A DNA stretch of 64,000 bases from Roseibacillus sp. (GTDB lineage Bacteria > Verrucomicrobiota > Verrucomicrobiia > Verrucomicrobiales > Akkermansiaceae), in assembly GCA_051251855.1 (NCBI GenBank), contig JBPOGI010000007.1, forward strand, positions 1-64,000, given 5' to 3'. Position numbers and translations under genes: made by a program. The number at the start of each line of letters is the position of its first letter. Within the stretch, counting starts at the first letter, position 1. Positions 1-8,200 of the stretch are shown here, in pieces. Under the pieces are notes generated by a model. It was given only the letters and a program-made list of their open reading frames with translations, did not search any database and was not told the origin of the DNA.

Positions 1-78
1 TGGTAGATTGAGTCTGTAGCGTGAGAGCCATCGCCTGCACAATTCAAAGTGTTGCGTTTAGTCTGTAACTTCCAAATA

Positions 79-207
79 GTCGAACAAGACGCAGCACCAT
101 AAATCTGACCGCGCTGGTGGGTCGGATGCTTGACTGGCGGAGGGAACTTGGTAGAAGTAGTGAAAGTGCGCTGATTCGGTTGGATTGGGTGTGCTGAAAC
201 GTTCGCC
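79..207 (+). repeat. attC-like recombination site 1 (integron cassette array)
   Basis: 129 bp running from GTCGAAC (R''-like) to GTTCGCC (R'-like). Inner CAGCAC/GTGCTG inverted boxes and an imperfect palindrome. Near copy at 658-786. Confidence 0.75.
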
Positions 208-211
208 CGAA

Positions 212-634
212 ATGAAGACTCTAAAATGGGTAACTCCGGTAGTATTGCTTCTAATAGTCCTAGCGTTTCTTCTTATGCGAAACGGACCGGACAAACGGTC
301 AGATGCTAAAGTGAATGTGCTCAAGCTTGGAGAGGTCGAAGGAATTCGACTAATTGAGAATAACGAGTGGTCTGGGGATCGTGTGATGGGAGGTTCGTTT
401 GAGCAGAAGATTAGAAGTATGCTGAGGTCTAAACAACGGGAGATTCCGTTTGAGATGGAGCAACATCATTTTGAGGATTCGAAAGGAGAATTCTTTATTC
501 AGATTTGGGATAGTGAGGGCGAGATATTTGAAGTTACGGTTCGCTCTAAGCCTTCGCCATCTGAGCCCACAGAAGAGACAATGACCTTACTGAAGGAGAT
601 GTTTTCGGGGGCAGATTTTGAGATGGGAACATAG
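212..634 (+). CDS. Hypothetical membrane-anchored protein (gene cassette)
   Basis: ATG at 212 lies just after the R'-like box; N-terminal hydrophobic helix; flanked by attC-like sites. Confidence 0.7.
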   Translation: MKTLKWVTPVVLLLIVLAFLLMRNGPDKRSDAKVNVLKLGEVEGIRLIENNEWSGDRVMGGSFEQKIRSMLRSKQREIPFEMEQHHFEDSKGEFFIQIWDSEGEIFEVTVRSKPSPSEPTEETMTLLKEMFSGADFEMGT

Positions 635-657
635 CTCTCCCTACCTCGCCGAACGAA

Positions 658-786
658 GTCGAACAAGACGTAGCACCATAAATCCGACCGCGCTGGCGGG
701 TCGGAAACTTGACTAAAAGAGGGAGCGTGATAGAAGTAGGGAAAGTGCACTGATCTAGTTAGATTAGGTGGACTGAAACGTTCGCC
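658..786 (+). repeat. attC-like recombination site 2
   Basis: 129 bp; ungapped alignment to 79-207 (~84% identity by manual count) with the same GTCGAAC...GTTCGCC ends. Confidence 0.75.
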
Positions 787-791
787 TTAAA

Positions 792-1292
792 ATGAAAGCT
801 GCTATTATTCTTCTACTCTTCATTTCTCCAGTGCTTTTGGGAGACAACTTCACAAATTGGTTTTTTGCCTATCACAGTGAACCTCGAGTGATTTCTGGGA
901 AGATGTATTCTGCAGACAACAAGGAGTTTGGCAAATTTACGGGCACTTCTTCGGGACAGCTCGATTCTAAGACTCAGAAGTTTACAGAGGAGTTCGAATA
1001 TCAATACGCTCCAATGAATCACACGACAGAATATGTGATGGTTTGGACCAAAGGGAAAGACGGTGTTTACCGAGGCAAAGGAGAAGACTCGAAAGGAAAC
1101 AAATCTTCTTCAGTGCTTACTGTTGAATCTGAAACGGTCTACAAATTAAAATCAACCCTTCCTGATGGCTCTATAGTTGAAACAGAAGGACGACTGGCAG
1201 ACGGGATGGTAGTTCATTCAGTTGATACTGCGAGAAATAGCAAAGGCGAGTTAATCGGGGTGATGAAATACACGCAATCGCCAACGAAATAA
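792..1292 (+). CDS. Hypothetical secreted beta-rich protein (gene cassette)
   Basis: Signal peptide MKAAIILLLFISPVLLG; ORF fills the space between attC-like sites 2 and 3. Confidence 0.75.
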   Translation: MKAAIILLLFISPVLLGDNFTNWFFAYHSEPRVISGKMYSADNKEFGKFTGTSSGQLDSKTQKFTEEFEYQYAPMNHTTEYVMVWTKGKDGVYRGKGEDSKGNKSSSVLTVESETVYKLKSTLPDGSIVETEGRLADGMVVHSVDTARNSKGELIGVMKYTQSPTK

Positions 1293-1293
1293 C

Positions 1294-1404
1294 GGCTAAC
1301 AAAACGCAAAACAAAAATACGGCACGCCAATCGAGGGTTGACGGGAGTGAGGTAAGCGGCGGAAGCGCTAAATCATTCGGATTGAGTGTATCGAATCGTT
1401 AAGA
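1294..1404 (+). repeat. Degenerate attC-like site 3
   Basis: GGCTAAC...GTTAAGA ends; both flanks align with sites 1 and 2 (aacaaaacgc; cggattgagtgtatcgaatcgtt). Confidence 0.6.
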
Positions 1405-1405
1405 T

Positions 1406-2008
1406 ATGAGTATGAAGCTAAATTCGGTGGCTGTCTATTGCGGCTCAAGTCCTGGTTCCCTTCCAATTTACGAGTCGAGCGCCTACCAATTTGGACAACA
1501 AATTGCCGAACAGGGCCTAAGATTGGTCTACGGTGGTGGCAACGTTGGACTCATGGGCGCAGTGGCAGACGGAGCCCTCTCAAGAAATGGCGTCGTAGTG
1601 GGAGTCATACCCCGAAAACTGGTAGAAAAAGAAGTGTCGCACCTCGGCCTCACGGAGCTCATTGAGGTTGAATCCATGCACGAACGTAAGATGAAGATGG
1701 CCGACTTGTCAGATGCCTTCGTTGCTTTGCCCGGGGGAATTGGCACGCTTGAGGAGATTCTGGAAGTCATGACCTGGACTCAGTTGGGATTTCATGAAAA
1801 GCCCTGTGGTCTACTGGATATTTCGAACTATTACTCGTCACTCATATCCTTTTTCAAAAACGTCGTTGAACAGCGCTTCATGAAAGCCGACCACCTCGAT
1901 GCCCTGCTCGTCGAAGTGGATGGCCGAGAGTTACTGCAGAAATTTCGCAACTACGAGCATGTGGCCGTGGAGAAATGGATCGACCGAGAATCGAAAGATT
2001 CAAATTGA
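1406..2008 (+). CDS. LOG family nucleotide monophosphate phosphoribohydrolase (TIGR00730-like)
   Basis: VYCGS, LVYGGGNVGLMG, MHERK and PGGIGTLEE motifs. Confidence 0.92.
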   Translation: MSMKLNSVAVYCGSSPGSLPIYESSAYQFGQQIAEQGLRLVYGGGNVGLMGAVADGALSRNGVVVGVIPRKLVEKEVSHLGLTELIEVESMHERKMKMADLSDAFVALPGGIGTLEEILEVMTWTQLGFHEKPCGLLDISNYYSSLISFFKNVVEQRFMKADHLDALLVEVDGRELLQKFRNYEHVAVEKWIDRESKDSN

Positions 2009-2071
2009 AACGCAGCGCCACGAAACACCATCATTGCCCCCACTTCGAAAATTCGATAATCTCCCTGCGTC

Positions 2072-2719
2072 TTGGCTGACGAACTCCGCACCCGCGAAAC
2101 CCTCTTGCTGCGTTTGCGCCGCCCGGAGGACCAAGAATCTTGGGCGGAATTCACCGAAATCTACACTCCCCTTCTCTACGGCTACTGCCAAAAGCGCGAA
2201 ATCAGCCACGCCGATACCGCCGATATCATCCAAGACGTGATGCGTTCCGTTTCCATCGCGATGGAAAAATTCGAATACGATCCCGCACGTGGAAAGTTTA
2301 AGGGCTGGCTCTTCACCGCCGTCCGTCACGCCGTCGGCAAACACTTCCGCAAAGCTTCCCGCCGCCCCCTCTCGATCGCCGAGACTGCAATGCTGCAATC
2401 TCTCGACGAGCGCGTTGACAACTCCCAAGAGGAAGAGTGGGAGACTGACTACCAGCGTCAACTTCTCTCTTGGGCAGTCGAAAAGGTGAAACCCGAATTC
2501 AATCCCCGTATCTGGCAAGCCTTCGAAGCCACTGCCCTCAACGAGCGCCCACCCGACGAAGTCGCCGCCGAAATGGGCATGACCAAAAACGCCATCGCCG
2601 TCGCCAAATCACGAGTCCTGCAACGATTGCGCGAGAAAGTGCAATCAGTCGACGCCGAACAGTGGGAGCAGGAAATGATAGAAAATCAAAATCTTCCGAA
2701 ATCCGATCGCTCTCCCTGA
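2072..2719 (+). CDS. ECF RNA polymerase sigma-70 factor (kinase-associated type)
   Basis: TRETLLLRL...W.EF..IY.P, YDPARGKFKGWL and a region 4 HTH (VAAEMGMTKNAIAVAKSR); TTG start. Confidence 0.9.
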   Translation: MADELRTRETLLLRLRRPEDQESWAEFTEIYTPLLYGYCQKREISHADTADIIQDVMRSVSIAMEKFEYDPARGKFKGWLFTAVRHAVGKHFRKASRRPLSIAETAMLQSLDERVDNSQEEEWETDYQRQLLSWAVEKVKPEFNPRIWQAFEATALNERPPDEVAAEMGMTKNAIAVAKSRVLQRLREKVQSVDAEQWEQEMIENQNLPKSDRSP

Positions 2720-2726
2720 CTAGAGA
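2698..2726 (+). promoter_or_regulatory. Candidate ECF promoter GAAATCC-N13-GACTAGAGA upstream of the kinase gene
   Basis: Same bipartite motif with identical spacing recurs at 5140-5168. Confidence 0.45.
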
Positions 2727-2743
2727 GAGTTGTCCCCTGTCTC

Positions 2744-4972
2744 ATGCCCGAACCCGACTACTCCCCCGACGAATCCACCATCGATGCCTGGCTCTCGGGT
2801 AATCTTTCCCACGCCGAGGCCGCTGGTCTTGAACAATACTTTAGTCAAAATCCTCCCACTCAAGAAAAGGTCCCCTCCGCCCTCAGAGCTGCCGCCAACA
2901 ACGAGCCGCCCCAAGACAAAGTCACCCATCTTGTCAAACTGCTCAGCACCATCGGCACCATGCCGCTGCCTCCTGTCCGCCCTGATGCATGGCAAGACAT
3001 CCTCACCCCCAGTGAAACCGAAGACATTCTCGGTACCCTCGCCCACTACGAAGTCCTCGAGGTGATTGCCTCTGGAGGCATGGGCATCGTCTTTCGTGCG
3101 CGCGACCCCGAACTCGAGCGCCTCGTTGCCATCAAGGCCCTTTCGCCTGACCTCGCAAGCAACAGCACCGCGCGCATCCGCTTCCTTCGCGAGGCCAAAG
3201 CCGCTGCTGCTCTCGAGCACGACAACATCCTCCCTCTCTACAGCGTCCACAACGACCCTAGCCCCTGGTTCGCGATGCGCTACGTGGACGGAGGAACCCT
3301 CCAAGACGCTCTTGATTCTGGTAAAAAACTCCCTCTCTCCCGCCTCAAAAGTATCGCCCTCCAAACAGCTTCCGCCCTCGCCGCCGCCCACCAAGCAGGC
3401 ATCGTCCACCGCGATATCAAGCCCGCCAACATCATGCTTGAGAAAGATAGCGACCGCATCTGGGTGTGCGACTTTGGCATCGCGCGTAGCATCACCGACC
3501 CCTCCCTTACCTACGCAGGTAACGTCGCAGGAACTCCCCTTTACATGTCTCCCGAACAAGCCTCTGGAGTCTTACTAGACGGACGGAGTGACCTCTTCTC
3601 CCTCGGGTCCGTTCTCTACCATTGCGCCACCGGTCAATTCCCTTTCGCAGGAGAGACCAGCGCCGCGGTCCTCAAGAACGTGTCCAAAAGCGAACCCGCC
3701 AAACCACGCTCCCTCAACGGAGAACTCCCTACTTGGTTCGAACGCCTCCTCGAGAAGCTCCTCCAAAAAGACCCCGCCCAACGCTACCCCGACGCCGCTG
3801 CTCTCATCGAAACCCTCGAAAGTGAAAAAGCTCCTCTCTCACCAGAAAAACGCCTTCGCCGAACTATATTCTGCACCCTGCTTCTGACATCCCTTCTCAT
3901 TATCGCCCTCTTGCAATGGGCCCCCGCTCGCAACCTCACAAATCAAGGTCTCCTCGCCATCACCGGCCACAGCTACAGCATCAAAGACCGGCTGGGCACC
4001 TTCAACGACCTCGCTGCCGTCATCGAAACCGCGCAGGCTAAGGACACCGTCGTCCTCCACCGCAGCGAAGTCATCCCCATTGACATAGTCACCATCCCCA
4101 AGAACAAACCCCTCACCTTTCGCGCCGCCAAGGGAGCCTCCCCCGTCCTCGCCAACACTGGCCCCAACGCCCACATCAAATCTTTCGCCTCCATTCGCCT
4201 GATTGGCCTCACCTTTCGACCCCACGAGTTCAGCAAAAACTCCCCTGGCTGCCTCCACCTTTCCGGAGAGACCAACCTCATTCGAGACTGTCTCTTTGAA
4301 GGCAATTCCACCCCCCTCAATTCCAACACCCCGGGCCGCCCTTCCATCATTAGCCTTGGTAACCACTCCAGCGCACGCATCGAAGACTGCCGCTTTCACC
4401 TCAGCGAAGTCGCTGTCGTCTCCGCTTGGGACCGCCGCCCCGAGCAAGAAGGGTTGACCCCCAACCGAATCGATTTCAAGCGCTCACTCCTCACCGGTTC
4501 ACGCTCAGTAACCATCATCCGCGTAGACTCCTCTGTGGGCCTAAGAATCTCCTACCAAGACTGCCTCGTCGCCACCGATTGCGTGGTCATGGACTACTGG
4601 AACATGAAGTTAAAGCCCCTTTCCATTCGCTCTCAAAACACCATCTTTGCCCCCCAACACGCCTTCCTCTGGGCCTCTGGCGAATCCGCCAAAACCGCAG
4701 TCTCTCTCATCAAGTGGCAGAGCGAGAACGATGTCTACCGCATCGGAGCCCCCTTCTACTCCAGCGCCACAATCCTCCCCAAACCCTCCAAGGGAAGCCT
4801 CGTCACCTTGCGCGCGATGTGGCTGCGCAACTCCAAAGGCAGTTTCCTCGGGAGTAAAGACCTCGAGTTCTCCTTTCCAGGCATCAAACCCGACCTCAGA
4901 TCTCTCCAAGAAGCACTCAGTGAAGAGGCACCTCCCGAGGCCCTCCAAACACTCGACCAGCTAAGCCGATAG
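2744..4972 (+). CDS. Membrane Ser/Thr protein kinase with C-terminal extracytoplasmic (beta-helix-like) domain
   Basis: GGMGIV, VAIK, HRDIKPAN, DFG and GTPLYMSPE motifs; TM segment IFCTLLLTSLLIIALL. Confidence 0.92.
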   Translation: MPEPDYSPDESTIDAWLSGNLSHAEAAGLEQYFSQNPPTQEKVPSALRAAANNEPPQDKVTHLVKLLSTIGTMPLPPVRPDAWQDILTPSETEDILGTLAHYEVLEVIASGGMGIVFRARDPELERLVAIKALSPDLASNSTARIRFLREAKAAAALEHDNILPLYSVHNDPSPWFAMRYVDGGTLQDALDSGKKLPLSRLKSIALQTASALAAAHQAGIVHRDIKPANIMLEKDSDRIWVCDFGIARSITDPSLTYAGNVAGTPLYMSPEQASGVLLDGRSDLFSLGSVLYHCATGQFPFAGETSAAVLKNVSKSEPAKPRSLNGELPTWFERLLEKLLQKDPAQRYPDAAALIETLESEKAPLSPEKRLRRTIFCTLLLTSLLIIALLQWAPARNLTNQGLLAITGHSYSIKDRLGTFNDLAAVIETAQAKDTVVLHRSEVIPIDIVTIPKNKPLTFRAAKGASPVLANTGPNAHIKSFASIRLIGLTFRPHEFSKNSPGCLHLSGETNLIRDCLFEGNSTPLNSNTPGRPSIISLGNHSSARIEDCRFHLSEVAVVSAWDRRPEQEGLTPNRIDFKRSLLTGSRSVTIIRVDSSVGLRISYQDCLVATDCVVMDYWNMKLKPLSIRSQNTIFAPQHAFLWASGESAKTAVSLIKWQSENDVYRIGAPFYSSATILPKPSKGSLVTLRAMWLRNSKGSFLGSKDLEFSFPGIKPDLRSLQEALSEEAPPEALQTLDQLSR

Positions 4973-5139
4973 CTCACTGAGGTTACCAATCTTCGGCCGG
5001 GTTCCCCCGACGCAATCGCGGCCCCAAAGGTCCCTCAATCCTTACCGCAGACTCTTTCAGGCAGAAAGACGGCGAAGAACTGGAGATAGGCCTGAGCGTC
5101 CCCGGCAGCCCGCCCCTTCAAAAAAAGATCCGAAATCCT

Positions 5140-5168
5140 GAAATCCTTCCCAAGTCGGCGTCTAGAGA
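5140..5168 (+). promoter_or_regulatory. Candidate ECF promoter GAAATCC-N13-GTCTAGAGA upstream of the surface protein gene
   Basis: Matches 2698-2726; resembles ECF -35 (GAA) and -10 (TCTA) elements. Confidence 0.45.
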
Positions 5169-5225
5169 AGGACAACATCTCTCCGTTTTCGCGGCGAGGT
5201 GGGGAATTGCCAAACCACAACAACC

Positions 5226-8200
5226 ATGAAAACGCTCGTCCAGTCCATCTGCCTTGTCCTCTTCGGACTCCTGTCCTTCCAAGCACACGCCGTGCAAGAC
5301 ATCCTCATCGAAGGAAGCGACGGCGTCAGTTGGCCCAACATCAGCGATAACGACCTCAACCCCAACCAAGTCGTCACCGACTTCGACAGCGAGTTCTGTA
5401 ACGAAACCAAAGACCGCACCTACCGTATGCGCAACACGGGCAATCAAACCCTCACCGTCTTCGTCAACTCGAACAGCCCCAGCAGCTCTTCATCGCAATT
5501 CACCTTTCCCGACTTCCCCACCAGTAACTTTACCATCGCTGCTGGAGCTAGTCGTAACTTCACCATTCGCTACCGGCCTGTCACATCCAGTCGTACCGCC
5601 ACGATGCGCATCGACAGTAACGACCCCGATGCCGAAAGCACCTACACCTTCGCTGTCGAAGGCGACGGCAGATGTGGCGAAGCTTCCGTCTACTACGTGC
5701 CGAGCACCGGCGGGGACGCCTTCATCGGCGATGGCGACACCACCCCCTCCACTGCCCAAGGAACCAACTTTGGTTCCCGCACGGTAGGTTCCCCACTCAC
5801 CCGAAACTTTTACATTCGCAACTCAAGCACCGCGCCCGACGTGTTGCGTATTCGCACCCCTCAAATCACCGGCACCGGAGCATCCCACTTCGAAATCCTC
5901 AGCCTCGGCACCTCAAATCTTGGAACAGGCAACAACCGAAACTTCCAAATCCGCTTTAACCCCACCAGCGCCGGCACAAAAACCGCCACCTTCACCTTCA
6001 ATAACAATGACGTGGATGAAAACCCATACAGCTTCACCCTCACTGGCGTAGGCACCGCCTTTCCCGAGATTTCTGTCGACGGCAAACAAGAGGCCTCGAC
6101 TGGCAATCCTTTTCCTTCCTACTCCCTCATCAACGATGGACAATCAGTGCCCAACACCGCCGACGGCACCCTCTTCAACAACACTTCGGTCGGCAGCTCC
6201 CGCGACTCCTTCATCCGTATCAACAATACCGGCAACGCCACTCTCACCCTGCAGAATCGCACCATCACGGGCACCGGTGCCCCCAGTTTTAACACCGTAG
6301 GATTCACGACCACCAGCATTGCCGCTGGAAGCTCGCGCGAATTCCGAATCCGCTTCACTCCCGTTTCCTCCGGAACCCAAACTGCCACCTTCTCCTTTGG
6401 CAACAACGATTCCAACGAAAACCCTTACAACTTCACCATTCGAGGTGTAGGCGAAGCCCCCGAGATTCGTATTTCTGGACGTCCCGTCGAAGGCTCGGGC
6501 GGCTATGACAACATCATAGATGGCGCCACCGGCACCAGCACCTCCGAAGGCACCAACTTCGGCGATGTCCGCGTCGGTTCAGGCCTCAACGAAAACGAGT
6601 TTAAAATCACTAACGACGGTAACGAGAGCCTCAACATCTCCAACGCACGCATCATCGGTAGTTCAGACTTCACCATTCGCAGTCTCAGCACGGTCACTAA
6701 CATCCTCGCCGGCAACGACCGCGAATTTCTCATTCGCTTCGACCCCAGTAGCCTCGGCGTCAAGACCGCCACCTTCTTTATCGACAACAACGATGCCGAC
6801 GAAGACCCTTACTCTTTTGCCCTCCGCGGCGTTGGCACGGGCTTCCCCGAAATCCGCGTCCAAGGCACCCGCCCCGGCGAACCTCTCGTCGAAATCTCTG
6901 ACGGCACCACCAGCACTCGTCAAGCCGAGGGAACCCTCTTTGCCGACACCACCGTCAGCAGCAATCGCACCTCCAACTTCCGCATCCACAATGATGGCGA
7001 TGCCCCCCTCACCTTCAGCGCCCCCACTCTCACCGGAACCGGAGCCAGTCACTTTACCATCCTCAATTTCTCCACCGCATCCCTCGCCGTCGGAGCCAGC
7101 CGTGACTTCAACGTCCGCTTTGCCCCCACTTCTTTTGGAACGAAAAGCGCCACCCTCTCCTTCGCCAACAACGATTCTAACGAAAACCCCTTCAATTTCG
7201 CTCTCTCCGGACTCGGCGAAGCTCCCGAGATTCAAGTCGCAGGTCATCTTCCCGGGGAACCTTTCCTCAACATCAATGATGGAGACACCTCCCCACGGGA
7301 AGACGATGGCACTGACTTTGGCGAAGCCAACGTCACTGGAACCGGCAACGAAGCCCAGCGCGAGTTCCGCATCACCAACTCCGGTAACGCCAATCTCAAT
7401 ATCGAAAGCGGCACCACCATCACCGGCCCCGCCGCCGCCGACTATGATATCTCCGGGTTGTTCGCCGGTAACCCCTTCGTCAATATCGGTGCGGGCAACA
7501 GTCAAACCTTCACCATCACCTTCGACCCCTCCACCACCGGAGTCCGCAACGCCACCGTTTCTATCGCTAACAACGACCCCAACGAAGACCCCTACACCTT
7601 CGCCCTCACTGGGATTGGCATCGGTGACCCCGACCTCCGCGTAAGAGGGCGACGTAACGTCACTGGAACTTTCCTCACCGAAATCGTGGATGGCGACACC
7701 ACCCCACGAAGCACCGACGGCACCCTCTTCGCCGACACCGATGTCGACGACACCTACGACATGCTGGTCGAACTCCGCAACTTAGGAGACGGCGTCCTCT
7801 CCTTCACTTCGACTCCCACCATCACCGGAACCAACGCCAATCAATTCTCCATCATTGGATTCAACTCCGCCGACATGGCCCCCAATGCCACCCGTACCTT
7901 CAACGTGCGTTTTTCACCAACGTCTTTTGGAACCAAAAACGCCACCGTCAACATTTTCAGCGACTCCCCCGGCGAGAACACCTTCAACTTCGCTATTCGC
8001 GGACTCGCCGAAGCCCCCGAAATCGCAGTATTGGGTCGTGGAAGCGCAAGCCAGTTCGGACTCATCGCTGATGGTGACACCACTCCCCGCGTGGCTGACG
8101 GCACCGACTCCAACGGCACTGGCGTCGGCTTCGACGAAACCTACCAGTTCCGCATCGACAATACTGGCAACAAGGTTCTCCGCATCACCAGTCGTCAATT

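Noticed and set aside
58..750. Two similar minus-strand ORFs (58-324, 499-750) sharing SDPPARSDLWC
   Set aside because: The similarity is simply the translation of the attC-like repeats
79..1404. CRISPR interpretation of the repeats
   Set aside because: The repeats are >100 bp and separated by whole genes; no cas genes are present
5020..5100. Glycine-riboswitch-like fragment (ctctttcaggcagaaagac...ctggaga)
   Set aside because: The conserved ccgaag and second ctctcagg elements are missing and there is no glycine-related gene downstream; a covariance search would be needed
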